Source: Octopus vulgaris (taxonomy: Eukaryota). From it: a stretch of 64,000 bases of DNA. Both the position numbers and the translations under genes were made by a program. Below the pieces are notes generated by a model. It had not been told where the DNA came from. It did no database searches and saw nothing but the letters and a program-made list of their open reading frames with translations. The first letter of the stretch is position 1. Every line of letters starts with the position of its first letter. Of this stretch, positions 39,191-53,361 are shown one piece after another. The DNA is taken from positions 64,728,001 through 64,792,000 of the forward strand of contig OX597820.1 of assembly GCA_951406725.2 (NCBI GenBank). The letters run 5' to 3'.

Positions 39191-40864
39191 AATTCCATGA
39201 ATTTATAAAGTATTGATGTAAAATACAGGAAATATTGAAAAACTATTTCATAATTGTTGTATCATAATGCATAATTGACATTCACACAAACAAATACATA
39301 ATAGAAAATGAAATTAATTTTGTATCCACACAGTTTTCATACAATAAAAAAAATTCATATTTGTATTCCGTTTTCTATCCGGGGTCGATACAAATTATTC
39401 ATGTACACACCAGTCCTCACGAAAGATCGGAAAACTATTTTGGGGAATAAAAATATAAAATGCGCATAGAGAAATATTTATGAAAATAAAAATATTCCAT
39501 AAGCAGGATTGAACCAAGCCACCTACAAATTTTATATATATATATATGTGTGCATATGTGTAAGTACCTTTGCCTGAAGTTTATATATATGTGCATGTGT
39601 ATGAATGTATGTGTGTGAATATACATGTATAGTGCATGTTTGTGTGTATGTGTTTATGGGGGGGGGTATAATACATATGATCGAGATGGAAAATAGAATA
39701 TACGAATAGCTTTATTGCTCACAACGATCGTTTCGACTCATCCTGCATCAATCCTTGACGGATAGGAAATTGTACAATTGGTAGTGGTGTACCCTCGGTG
39801 CAGAAACATTCCCTCGGATGATGTTATAAGGGGTTGGTGTCTCGTTAAATAAACTCTATTTCGCTCGATCTTAGTACAAGATGATGCTAGGGACAGCATT
39901 AATGGATAGATAGAATATATAGAGAGAGATAGATAGATATCGGTGCCGGTAGCTTCACTGTGACAAGACGTACATGTCATAGCTCTGGTCAGTCAGAAGC
40001 CAAACACACAACTTTCAACTCAAACCAGCTGTAACTCATCTTAGTCCCAAGACCCCTATATTCTATCTTTAACATCTGAGAATAAATTTACAGAAGTTTC
40101 TATACTACCTGGAGAAACAAATATCGACTAGCATTGCTATCAAAAGACTAATTTCAAGACTATTCCTAATACCAGACTCGTGAGTACAATTAATTTCTCT
40201 TCATCTTTATGTTACACATAGCTCTTTCTGATTTGTACTAAATACACTGAACTCTTTTGCACGCACTCGGACATAGCCAGGCATTTCTGAATATATCAAC
40301 ATAAACTTCGCTACGGTATTTTCACGACCATACATCAAACCAACAATAGCTAATGTGCCGTGTATAATACTGTTCTATCCACTGAATAAGGCCAATACAA
40401 TTCTAAAACGCCACTGGGTAGAAAATGAAATCAGTGCACTGATAAACGTTTGGTACGATCACCATATAGTGTAAAAGCTATTACCTACGATAAAATCGCC
40501 GGAAAATTAGCGCTACATTATTTTTACAGATCTGTAAAACAGATCGAAAACAAAACAATATAAAAGAAATCGCAAGATCGTTTCATACCTTACACACGCA
40601 CATGGTAACACTAGTAGCTATATTTGGATGTAAAGGATGATTTTAAATGGATATAAAGATGACCTTTTGCTATTAATACTGCTTCCATCGCAAACGTCGT
40701 GGGTTCACCGCTTGAAGATTTTATTCAATCAGCTGAACCTTAGTTTTTATTTTGTGCCAGGTACTTATTCCAACATTTTCTTTTTGTGGGAGGGGAGCGT
40801 AAACGAAGACCTGTATGGAAACGGTAAGAGACAAACACAAACACAAAGGTGCATACACAAACAC

Positions 40865-40914
<50 letters not shown>

Positions 40915-41349
40915 TCGTTAGCAACGGAAGCGATATTCGTACCAAACAGTAATCTTTATCTCAAACTTCATGTGGATGGCTCTCTCCCTCTCTCTCGCTA
41001 GAGAGATAGATAGATAGATAGCCAAGAGAGAATGAAAGAGAGAGAAACATACATATATGTGTGTATGAAGAAAAAGCAATATCACATAAACTTAGGCGTC
41101 AAAGAATTTGATGGCAAACAATGTGTGCAGAATATGTGAGGGATCGAACAGACATTAATTTTCACAGAGTATATAATATTTGCTGTAACTTTATCGAAGT
41201 ATTTCATTCTCTCATTAATCACATCTAATATCTTTGGCTTCGCCGGCAGAACGCTCGTTAAGGACTCAAATATTACCCTGAAAGGTGAACAAGAATAATT
41301 TTATTACTTGACAAATTTGTCACATGTACAATCCTGAGTAAATTTTATT

Positions 41350-42550
41350 CAAAACAATGTTTTGATAATTTACCAACTTTCAATGAAAGAAGAGTCGCAT
41401 TGTTGATACTCAAAATTGGTAAAAGGTTTATCAATACAATTTTCAATGACATGTTACAATTATAAGAAAATATCAAACGCTGTATATTCTGCACGAGATT
41501 GTGTAATTCTGTGAGAAAATGTTACGGTTTCTAAAGTCTGGAGGGATGCGTTGATGAAGGTGTTGTCCAAAGGAAACTTGTAAAGACATTTATATGCAGA
41601 AATTCGTGATACATATGTCACCTCAGTTCTGTTGGGAAAATAAAATAAGAAAGTATCCTTGATAGGCTCCACCTTCATGTTGTGATACCCCTTACTTTCA
41701 AGTCACAGTTCTGGGTCGCACAATTGTGTGCTTTTCACACAGATTGTCAATAAGATATTTCTCCCCACAGAGATTCCACACTGAAGGTCTTTCCTCTTTT
41801 AACTCTACACGAACGTGATAAATATAATTGTACACACCTATGTTTTAATCATCAATGTTTGGTGTGCCATTAATCAATAATTGATACGAGATTTTCTGTT
41901 CTTCAGCAGATGCGGAGACCTCCTTCTTTCTCATTGCTTCATTTATCTCACTAAGGTCTTTGATGTACGTAATCGTGAGTCGTTTATGAGCAATCCTCAG
42001 AAATACTAGCTGTTCCCATAAATCTACAAATATTATCAAGCCATTCCACGAAGATATAAGAGCATATGTAACAATTAATGGAGCATGATCAGATTAATTT
42101 TCAATTAGTGATGGTATAAAATAAGGTGATATAACTGAATCATTTTTATTTACTTAATTTTCACGGTCACTTTCAAAGACCTTTCTCGGGGTGCTTATAA
42201 ACACTACCAAATAAATGGTAAAATATTCAACCTCAGTCGGCTTTATTATGAATCACACACTTTCGTAACTCTGATAACATGCCTCGTGTATCTTCAAAGT
42301 CGTATGGATAGAAGTTAATTATGCATGAAACATGTTATGCCCCGCAATAAATATTGATAAAACTGTTATTCTTTATCAGTCTTGCACCAAAAGGCTTCAT
42401 GTAACTCATAAAATAATAGTATATGGTAAAGATATCTTCCTTCAGATATCTTGACAGTATGTTAAACAGGGATGGAATTCTGGTTGACAATAAAGTGAAT
42501 AGAATTCGCAAGACATGGATATCTTTTGGAAAATTGCAATATTCAAAAGA
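41350..42550 (+). pseudogene. Decayed RTE-clade LINE reverse transcriptase
   Basis: Manual translation across stops and frameshifts gives RT motifs in order: PTFNERRVALLILKIGK, WRDA, LSSVGKI..SILDRL, FIYLTKVFD, IIKPFHEDIRAYVTING, GIK*GD, FRYLDSMLNRDG...RIRKTWISFGKL. Confidence 0.8.
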
Positions 42551-43229
42551 GTCTTATCGATATATAAAAAAAAAAACAGCTATATAATTTTTTGTTTTCA
42601 TAAAACGATGCATTTCCTCTGTTTTATTGAATAGCTGTGAAACACAGAGATTATCTTCAAAACATGTTAAACGGTAGAAGTGTTCTTCAACAAAAATATG
42701 TTGGAAGTATTTTACATATAAGAAGTTGCAAATGTACACATAAAGGACCATATAGTAAATGTAGTAAACGTAGTAGACTGAGGTGAATAACATTAAACAT
42801 GAAACATTCAAACGCGACTGGAAGCCATAAAGATATCAGTTATAGTTTAATTAGTCAAAATCGCTTACGATATAAACCAAGGCAAAACTATATATATTTT
42901 CCCAAGGAACAATATTACACCCTCTCTCTCTCCCTCTCTCCCTCTATTATCTATCTCTCTCTAAAACTTTTCCCTTCCCAAACAATCGCAATAACGTCAT
43001 TTTATATTCTCAATTTCTTTATTCTGTCTCTCTCTCTATTTTATTTGTGCTACATATGTAAAACTACCATCTGAACACATACACAAATATCTTCAGCAAA
43101 ACAATTATATAGAAACATTTATTTTGGGATGGATACCTATTGGTGTAGTTTCACTTTCACATCTTTTATCTTCTATTTGTTTCACTCATTAGACTGCGGC
43201 TATGCTGGGGCAGCACCTTATATAAAATA

Positions 43230-43529
43230 GATAACGTCACCCTTTTCAACCCTAGCCAAGCTCATGGGCCCGGTTTCCCTGTTTCTGTGGCGTATGTGTT
43301 CACCCCAGCTGGACGGGACGCCAGTCCATCGGAGCGTTTACTCAAGAAACAGGAAGAGAGAGTGAGAGAAAGAGTACAACAGGGGTCGCCACCACCACCT
43401 GCCGGAGCCTCGTGGAGCTTTTAGGTGTTTTCGCTCAATAAACACTCACAACGCCCGGTCTGGGAATCGAAGTCGCGATCCTCCGACCGCGAGTCCGCTG
43501 CCCTAACCACTGGGCCATTACGCCTCCAC
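43230..43529 (-). mobile_element. tRNA-derived SINE family D, full length
   Basis: Head gtggaggcgtaatggcccagtggttagggcagcggactcgcgg...ttcgattcc; 10-bp TSD atataaaata at 43220-43229 and 43530-43539. Confidence 0.9.
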
Positions 43530-44074
43530 ATATAAAATATATGGTAAACATATTTACCGCTTATGGTCAAAATGGATAAAGTCGTTGAAGAAGCGTAGCA
43601 TTTTAATTCCACAATTATACATTGGTAAAATAAATACAAAACTTAAATTATCGGGGTCGACATGCTTGTATAATTCCTCTCAGAGTGCTAGCTCTGCATA
43701 GCCACAATTCAAAACCTGATGAGGTACTAAATGACTATAAGGAGTATGTTCCTAACATTATTTAAAACATTTTTATCGGTCTTAAATGTTGTTTCCGGTT
43801 TTATTTCTTTTGGGGGCGAAATATAAAACATAGGTAGGTTGAACACGTCAGGCAAACTGCTTCAGTGGGTACGTTCTTCGTTTAAATTCCGCCGAGATCG
43901 ACTTCGCTTTTCATCCTTTTAGGTTCGATAAAATAAGTACCAGTTGTTTACTGGGAATTGTTGTAAACTTTTCCCTCCCAAAACCTAAATCATTTCCCTT
44001 CCAAAAATTCCTAATCCTGTACCTATATTAAGAAGAAGTAAGGCATAGACAATAACAACGAAACAACAAATATT

Positions 44075-44320
44075 TGATGAAGATGATAAAGAGGAGGAGG
44101 TGGAGGAGGAGGATAACGGCAACGACGATAGCGATGAAGATGATAATGAGGATGACGATGATGATGAGGAAGAGGAGGAAAAGGAAGCGGGTGCAATGAT
44201 GTTGATTATGATGATAGTTATTATTACGATTATGATGATGAGGACGTCGACGATGACAACGACGACAACAAAGATGATAATTAGATGATGATGATGATGG
44301 TGCTAAGGGCGATATCGATG
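44075..44320. repeat. Degenerate trinucleotide low-complexity (GAT/GAG/GAC)
   Basis: Direct reading. Confidence 0.9.
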
Positions 44321-44559
44321 ACAATGGTGTTAATGTTATCTTTTAGAGTCAACAATACAGAATGCAATGGCAAACAACAAACGAGTAATAGTGGAGGTAA
44401 TTTACAAGGCATAAATTACCCTCACTGGCGCGATCGACAAGAAACGCAAATTAATTTATGGATAGCAATAAATATGAAGAATGTGAAACATCAAAGTAAC
44501 AACAAAATATCACACGTAAAAGAGAAAGGTAGCAACACAGGTTCATTCGCGGTCAAACA

Positions 44560-44602
<43 letters not shown>

Positions 44603-45025
44603 GCACGCACGCACGCACACACTCAGATGAGATCGCATTACTCTGAAATACGAAAGAGGAGTCTCTTCTCCCAATTCGTGCCCCCAACCATGAGACAAAT
44701 ATTTAGTGTATATTTATTTAGCCTCTTGTTATGATAGTACTTCCCCTATCATTGCTATCATCAACCAATCTGTGAAGAAATTCACTGGGAATTTACCAGT
44801 GAATGAAAACATCTGACCTTAAACATTTCAACAGCGATGCCCCACAATAGATTCATCCTATAATCAGATCCTTACAAAAGAAAAAAAAACAAGCAGTGGG
44901 TCGATTTTCACAAGAGTAATTGGATTCATCAAGAGCTTGTGAAGCACTGTTCAACACAGATCTTACAGTTCAACAATGCACGGACACTGGATAAGTGCTT
45001 CTAAGACGGTTTTGTCACTCTAAGC

Positions 45026-45350
45026 CAGTGGTTCTTAACCGAGATACATATGATCCTTGGTGGGCCACATGATTTTGTTATTACAGTTTATGTTCATTAA
45101 TTGCTTATTATTTTACAATACACAAAATATTGTAATCATTTAAAATTTATACTGAGAGCAGTGTCCACGAGATGACATCCCAGATTTCAAGCACCTATCG
45201 GCGGCCAGCTCTTGAATCAGGACAGCTTCTCAGACAAGCCGACGCGCTGTTTGTCATAATAATTAATCATAAAAATATAGTAGGATCTTTAAAACATGGA
45301 ATGCCTATGTGGATCCAGCCGAATAAAGCAGAAATCTAAGGGATCTTTAG
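45026..45350 (+). mobile_element. Possible hAT-type MITE remnant with a ~100-bp insert
   Basis: Starts cagtggttcttaacc (hAT/Charlie-like terminus); right TIR not seen. Confidence 0.35.
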
Positions 45351-46164
45351 TTTAAAAAAATTCCTTTCTAATATAGGCACAAGACCTGACATTTTGAGGT
45401 AGTGGCCAGTCGATTAGATCGACCCCAGACGCATCTGGTACTTAATCTATCGACCCCGAATGGATGAAAGGCAAAGTCGACATCAGCGGAATTTGAACTC
45501 AGAACGTAAAGAAAAACGAAATAATGTGCTTTGAAATATTCTTTTCTACTCTAGACACAAGGCCGAAATTTTTGGAGAGGGGACCAGTCGATAAGATCGA
45601 CACCAGTATGCAGCAGCTGTTACTTAATTTATCGACCCCGAAAGGATGAAAGGCAAAGTCGACCTCGGCAGAATTTGAAATCAGAACGTAAAGACAGACA
45701 AAATAACGTGCTTTGAAATACTGAAATAGCTAATACGGTATTGCTATTATATGAGAGTTGTTTGTATTTATTTGACCGGATATCACTCTGATTCACTACT
45801 TTTATAACGGGAGGCGTCCCAATCATGGCAGTCCTATTTTATTAGTGACCTCTATAACTACATTATCTACTGCAGTAGTTCCAACATTGGCTGCAACAAT
45901 GTTTTTGGCCATGAAGCTTTTTGATTCTTATTTTAGTCTACAGGACCCTTATAGACCTTCGACGTTTAAGAGACTCCTAATGCATTATTATAATTAAATA
46001 TTATTAATCGGAATTGTATATTAATAGAATTTTTGTATTGTAGGAACATAACTAATTTTATTGCGCATAAAAATTCCCAAAAATCTTTTATAGAAACACC
46101 AAACCCCTCAGGTACATAAGCTCCGCAGCTGAGAACTACTGATGTGTCTATTGTCTGTATGTAT

Positions 46165-46579
46165 AGCGGCGAGCTGGCAGAAACGTTAGCGCGCCGGGCG
46201 AAATGCGTAGCTGTATTTCGTCTGTCGTTACGTTGTGAGTTCAACTTCCACCGAGGTCGACTGTGCCTTTTATCCTTTCGGGGTCGATAAATTAAGTACC
46301 AGTTACGCACTGGGGTCGATGCAATTGAATTAATACCTATGTCTGTCCTCGTTTGTCCCCTCTATGTTTAGCCCCTTGTGAGTAATAAAGAAATAGGTAT
46401 TTCGTCTGCCGTTACGTTCTGAGTTCAAATTCCGCCGAGGTCCACTTTGCCTTTCATCCTTTCGGGGTCGAGGAATAAAGTATCGGTTTCGCACTGGAGT
46501 CGATGTAATCGACTTAATCCCTTTGTCTGTCCTTGTATGTCCCCTCTATGTTTAGCCCTTTATGGGCAGTAAAGAAATA
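46165..46579 (+). mobile_element. SINE family A (Meta-domain-like core), dimeric insertion
   Basis: ggcgagctggcagaaacgttagc...gagttcaa...gccttt(c)atcctttcggggtcga...aagtacc; second unit starts at gtatttcgtc; flanking direct repeat tattgtctgtat at 46149 and 46580. Confidence 0.9.
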
Positions 46580-48176
46580 TATTGTCTGTATCTACATCTT
46601 ACGACGGAGTTTATGATCTGAGAAGAATTTAGTAACTATTTGAAGCAGGTCAAGCTACGAGATAAGAAGCTCATATCCACTGCATAAGCGGGTGACATGG
46701 ACTTACTAAGAACATAACAGTTCAGTTGAGTGTTATCATGTACAACAACAGAACCAAAGAACTGCAGAAAATATGGAATCCGTTCAGATATTGCACATCT
46801 TCTCTCTAAGCATCTGAATTTAATATAAAGGACAAACATACGTCCAGCGGATTATTGAGACGGAGAATTGAGTAGAATAACCTTTACATTCCGTGGATTA
46901 AACTCTGTCTGTAAAGAACAATTTATTTTCAGATAATGTGCTTCAGAAAAACACACCGAGAACATAGAATTAAACAAAACTTTATGGCATCATATGTATA
47001 TATGCGTGTGTGTGTTTGTGTGTGTGTATGTGTGTACATAATTATATATATATATATATATATATATAAACATATATACATATACGTATATATGTATATG
47101 TGAATACAGATAAATGAATATAAATACACGTGTCCATAAATATAAAAACATACATATGTAAATATACAGAAATAAAAATGTATGCGCATGTGAGCGTTTT
47201 TGTGTGTGTGTATGTGCATGCGTGCACATCTATGTATGTGTATGTAAGTATGAATGCCAACAAATATTACATGAAGAAATTTTCGTTTTATCAAGGTATT
47301 ATTAGCATTCAAACAATGTTATTGACGTGCGTGTGTATATACCTTAATACATGCATAAGTATATACATTCTTGTATGTTGACCGTGTTGCGTGATTCTAT
47401 GTCACACATTTGTAAGCTCGTGTGGATATAACTGCATATGTTTCTATGGCGATGTCTATCTAGAGATGTGTGTGTATGTATGGTTGTGCTTGGTATTTCA
47501 TGTATTTAACAAATAATATTCACCAGCAAAGCACATATATGTGTATGTATATACACGTGTACCTGTCTGTAGTGCCAGTGCATATTCCCATATATGTTTG
47601 TCTGTGTGCTTATATGTGTCCATGCATCTATAAATATGTACGTGTGAATTTGTGTGTATGTATGTGCGTAGTTGTATCGTTGTGTGTCTGGGAACGAGTG
47701 CTGTGAGTGCTCTTTAGTGGAGAGCTTAGCTAACTAACCTAACTTAAAGATAACATTTTGTTTCTAAGCTATCATGAAGGGTTAGCAGATTTGTCTGTTA
47801 AGCCTCCACCACAAACATTACTATAACCTTTAATTCTTAACTAAGATCAGGATTAACTCGAACTGTTAACCTTTAGACTGTCTCATCATCCTTCCCTCGT
47901 CTACCTCTTCCATTTTAGCTTTCTTATAAACGTATGTAGCATTCTCCGTTAAATAATTCAAAACAAGCGACAAAGCCAACGAGATATTCGGTACGCGGAT
48001 ATTACAGCTGTTACAAAATGCTCTCTAACGGATGCAGATATAGCTGTATGGTTAAAACGCTAGATTAGTAACTGCCTTGTAGCGAGTTCGATTACAATAT
48101 GAGTCAATATGCAGCAGTGCTTTCTACCGTGAGCTCTGATTTACTAGTAACTTACAAGCGGAATTTGATGGAAGAA

Positions 48177-48179
<3 letters not shown>

Positions 48180-48209
<30 letters not shown>

Positions 48210-48275
48210 TGTATGTATGTATGTATGTATGTATGTATGTGTGTGTGTACGTACGTACGTACGCATGCATGTATG
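48180..48275. repeat. (TATG)n microsatellite
   Basis: Direct reading; further tracts at 48392-48447 and 49183-49297. Confidence 0.97.
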
Positions 48276-48276
48276 T

Positions 48277-49182
48277 CATTATTCAGTTTATTTCAAGATT
48301 TCTTGCCAACAGAGAAAGAATCAGTTTCTCACCTAGATCCAAGGCTCCTTCATTCGAATTTCAACATCTACAAGAGGTTATTCTTGCTTTTATGTACGTA
48401 TGTATGTTTGTATGTATGCATGTATGTATGTATGTATGTATGTATGTGCAGATTTGTATGTTTTATGTACGTATTCTCATGCATATTGTTGCACATCTAG
48501 ACATGGTCATATATATTTAAATGACAAACTTCTGGAAAGTCTTCCAGAATTTTACAGTTCCAGTGATGGATTGGATCTGTAGACTTCGAATTAGCTTTCT
48601 CCTTTATGGTTTTGAGAAGCCTAATTTCTCAAGATTGGTATTTAGACAGTATGTTATATATCCCAGGGCCCCAATAATTACAGGTACAAATCTGAACTTG
48701 TAATCTGGATAGAGTAACTGCATATTTCTCGGTAGTTCAGCGTAGGTGTTCTCTTTTTCACTGATCTTCAGCTTTATGTTAACATCCGCTGGGCAGCGAA
48801 TTTCCACAACCGTTTCTCTATCCCAAATTATTATAACAGATCTGTTGTGCATATATTTTATTGAGATCTTCAGTGGTACATTCCACCCGTATTCCTTTTT
48901 ATTGTGAGTGGCTATGGCTTCTACCATATTGTGGCGTCTTATATCTTTGTGCTCGGGATTATCCTTCTGATGGATTTCATTATAGATTGTCCTAGCTGCA
49001 ACATCATATCTTATCGGTAGGTAATACCGTAATGACATTTTCGAATAACTGCTTATAATATGGGTGATATCTTCAGTGTGAAGTCCATAAAGTCTGCATC
49101 GGTTGTCACATTTTACGGCTTTTCCTGCATCTCTATCCCTTTTGTGCATCAGATACTAGGATTATATTTGCTGTTCCTGGAT
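48277..49182 (-). mobile_element. 5'-truncated R4/Dong-like non-LTR retrotransposon (zinc knuckle + restriction-like endonuclease), decayed
   Basis: ORF 48604-49149: CRL..HTEDITHIISS (degenerate CCHC), NRSVIIIWD..VVEIRCPAD...KISEKENTYAEL, FVPVIIGALG (RLE motifs). The frame continues past a stop to ~48517; 3' UTR to ~48277; embedded in (TATG)n. Confidence 0.85.
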
Positions 49183-49296
49183 TGTATGTATGTATGTATG
49201 TATGCATGTATGTATGTATGTATGTATGCATGTATGTATGTATGTATGTATGTATGTATGTATGTATGTATGTATGTATGTATGTATGTATGTATG

Positions 49297-49495
49297 TGCA
49301 GATTTGTATATTTTATTATCGTATTCTCATGCATATCTAGAATTGCTCATATATATTTAAATGATAAACGTCTGGAAAGTTTAACAGATTTTTACAGTTC
49401 CAGTGATGAATTGGATCTGTAGCCTTCGAATTACCCTTCTCCTCTCTGGCTCTGAGAAGCCTAATTTCTGAAAACTGGTATTTAAGCAGTGTATT
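49297..49495 (-). mobile_element. Second, shorter fragment of the same R4/Dong-like element
   Basis: Clearly homologous to 48447-48650 (gcagatttgtat...ttacagttccagtgatg...gagaagcctaatttct). Confidence 0.8.
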
Positions 49496-49501
49496 GCGGT
49501 G

Positions 49502-49570
49502 ACCAGTAAATTCCAACGCGGTAAATTCCACCACGGGATATCCCACCATGGTAAATTTCACCATAGGTGA
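49502..49570. repeat. Short 14-15-bp tandem (ggtaaattccacc..) x4
   Basis: Visible periodicity; possibly a transposon subterminal repeat. Confidence 0.55.
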
Positions 49571-49889
49571 AATTATTATTATTACTATTATTATTATTAG
49601 TAGTAGTAGTATGAGTATTAGCATTAGTATTATATGGGTTACGATATTATGGACATGGAAAAAAAAAAGAATGCATAAATATAATATCAATAATGTGAAT
49701 GAATGGAAAAACTACGAAGGAGAAAAATAATTAAGGAACAATCAAACAAAGAAATACACGGTGAATACTTTAAACACCTGACTGAGAAAGGAATATCCAA
49801 ATGAGACTCATTGAAATTTATAAAACAAAGCAAATATTCAATGAGTTATAAAATAATTAAAGGGTTCAACGTTAGTTCTATGTCAGCGT

Positions 49890-50352
<463 letters not shown>

Positions 50353-51149
50353 TGACACATTTTCTAAACGTATTTATGGAAAATATATATTTATCTGACG
50401 AGCTAGCTGAAACGTTTGCAAGCGGGATGGAATACTTTACTGAATTTTGTCGCTCTTAACGTTAGGAGTTCAAATTACGTCGACATTGCTTTTTATTGTT
50501 TTAGAATCGATTAAATAAGCGATATTTGAGAATGTTTGTCGAAGAAATCGACTGGCTTTCTCCTCCAATATTTCAGGTCTTGTGTCTATAGAAGAAAGAA
50601 TTATTATTGTTGTTGTTGTTGTTGCTGTTACTGATGTTTAGTGTGTTTTATTTGAAGGGTCACGTTTTACAAAATTCCAAAGAGAAAATATTTTCATCCG
50701 GGATTAACTGATGAAAACCTTAAGAAATAAAATCATCTTTTTGCCTCTCTAGTTCAAAAGCCTTCAGAATATGTCTACGCTGGCTAGAAAAAATGGTGTC
50801 ATGAGTGAACTTAAACTATTTACACTTATTTGACTGTTGGCCAACAATATTTATTCACGTTGTATGATGGTCACCTCAGACGAGAGTGTAGTAGCTGCTC
50901 TCTGGCGCAGTTGTCGCAATACAGTAATTGAACAAACAATTTAATTTCAAACGATGAAAATTGAAACACACAGAGGAAACGTCAACCATAAACGATTATA
51001 AATTATATACAATAGAAAACAGATGAAGAAATTTTCGTGCTAGGATTATTAATATTGGTAGGAAAACAGTATTAGTTGCGACCACGGAAACATTGATACG
51101 ACTATGAACATAATATTCTCACTAACACCATCACAACAACACCAACAAT

Positions 51150-52312
51150 AATGGTGGTTTGGGCACACAGCCAGAAATATCAGGGAATGGTGTTAAGTCG
51201 ATTACATCGACCCCAGTGTCCAACTAATACTTACTTTATTGATCGTGACAGGATGGAAGGCAAAGTCTACCCCGGCGGCATTTGAACTCAAAGCGTAAAG
51301 AAATGCTGGAAAGTATTTTTTCCGGAGCTATAACGACTCTTCCACCTCATCGCCTGAAGAACAACAATATTAATAATATCAATTTCAAATTTTGGCATAA
51401 AGCCAGTAACTTCGGGAGAGGGGTAAGTCGATTATATGGAGCCTAATATTCAAGTGGTACTTAGTTTACCGACCTCTACCACTCGCCCTCGAAAAGATGA
51501 AAGACAAGGTCAAATTCGGTGGAATGTAAACTCAGAACGTGAAGACGAACGAATGCCGTTCAGCATTTTGCCCGGCCTGCTCATGATTCTGCCACCACAA
51601 CGCCTTAACAATAAAGATTTCAAATTTTTGCCGCACGGACAGATTGTGAGAGGGGATTAAGTCGATGACATCGACCCCAGTGTGGAACCGGTATTTAGTT
51701 AATCGATCCCGAAAGGATGAAAAGGAAAATTCCACCTCGGCGGGATTTCAACTGAGAACGTAGCGGCTGACGAAATACCTATTTCTTTACTACCCACAAA
51801 CCGCTAAACACAGAGAGGACAAACAAGGACAAATAAACGGATTAAGTCGATTATATCGACCCCAGTGCGTAACTAGGACTTATTTAATCGACTGGAAGTA
51901 CAGGGCCTCATATTTGGGGGAAGAGATTAAGTTGATTACATTGACTCCAGTATGTATCTGGTACTTATTTAATCGACCTCGAAAGGATGAAAAGCAAAGC
52001 CGATCCGGTGGGATTTGAACTCAGAACGTAGCGACGGACGAAATACCGCAAAGCATTTCGCCCTGGGCATTAACGATTCTGCCAGCTTGCTGCCTTAACA
52101 ATAATATCCTTTTCTATTCTGGGCATACGGGCCGAAATTTGGTGGGAAGGGGCAGTTTATTAGATCGACTCAAGTACGCAACTGGTACTCAATTAATCGA
52201 CGCTGAAATTATGAAAGGCCTCGGCGGAATTTGAGCTCTAAACGTAGAGAAAGATGAAATACCGGTAGGAATTTCGCCCGACGTGCTAACGTTTCTGTCA
52301 GATTACCAACTT
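51150..52312 (-). mobile_element. Cluster of 5-6 SINE family A copies
   Basis: Same block repeated head-to-tail. Other copies near 2165-2430, 11815-12030, 43830-44030, 45360-45720, 50395-50600, 54080-54290 and 62775-62940. Confidence 0.85.
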
Positions 52313-52749
52313 AATAATAATATCAACAGCAACAACAACCAAGCAATTTAAACTTTGTTGACGTTGTGGTTCAAATTGACCTATTTGTGTGAGCTCCAGG
52401 AACAATAGGAGAGACAGCATTTATGTTACTAGACACTATGACGTTGCTGAAGTAATCGTTGAATAGTCGAGTTGATGTGCTCCCTACATGAAAAGGAAAC
52501 AAAGGGGAGGAGAATACTACCGTATGCTATCGAAGGAAGAACATTCTTTTATCTTTTATCTGTTACTTGTTTCCGTCATTAGACTGTGGTCATGCTATGA
52601 CTTAATTTCTTAAGCATTGTACTTATGTTAACCTTAATTTACGACGACGTAAACACACTAGCACTGGCTGTCAAGTGGTGGAAGGAGAAACACACACAGA
52701 CACATAAAAACACGTTTTTGTATCCCTGTTAGTATGTTTGTATACAATT

Positions 52750-53361
52750 ATGTGCTTTGGCCGCAGCATTAGAGTCTTTTAGCTATTATTTCTAGCAATG
52801 TAGGTGTTTTAGCACCCTCAGTCATATTTAATGACGGTTATAGTTTTCCGTTTTGGCAAAGCATTGCACACACCACTGCTTATATTAATTATATATGTGT
52901 GTTTATAGCACTGGCCACTTCCCAGCACCCACACCACACACCATCATCTGCACAACCACAGACAAAATATCCGCACACCCAAATACCATCACCCACACAC
53001 CCACACATTACAGATTCACACACACACGCATAAATCCACACTAACCCCTATCCACACGCACACAATCTGACATACACATACGCACGCGTACCTTAGTTTT
53101 GGGATCACCAGTACTTTATTATCTCCCTTCCTTTCTAGCCCTCCTGCCCAACTACCTTTTTTCGAACCACTCGCCATGATTGATCGCTAAATCCACAAGT
53201 CATTCTTTATTCTCTCACTTTATTTCCTCGTGTTCCTTTCTGTTGATGAGCGTAGGCTCGAAACGTAAAAGACTTTCTCACCTTTCCGAGCGTCAAATCA
53301 AAACACTTGCTTGTTGTTTATAGACCTGTGTTCGTCTTTTGTTTTTCTGTAAATTTCAACT
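52750..53361 (+). mobile_element. Penelope-like 3' end: CA-rich region then hammerhead-like motif
   Basis: cttt-ctgttgat-gagc gtag gctc-gaaa-cg-ta-aaag at 53236-53271. Upstream reading IISSNVGVLAPSVIFN weakly resembles a GIY-YIG C-terminus. The 3' part is homologous to 6970-7165. Confidence 0.5.

Noticed and set aside
44028-44324. Acidic or hydrophobic low-complexity ORFs
   Set aside because: Degenerate trinucleotide repeats following a SINE tail; no splice support.
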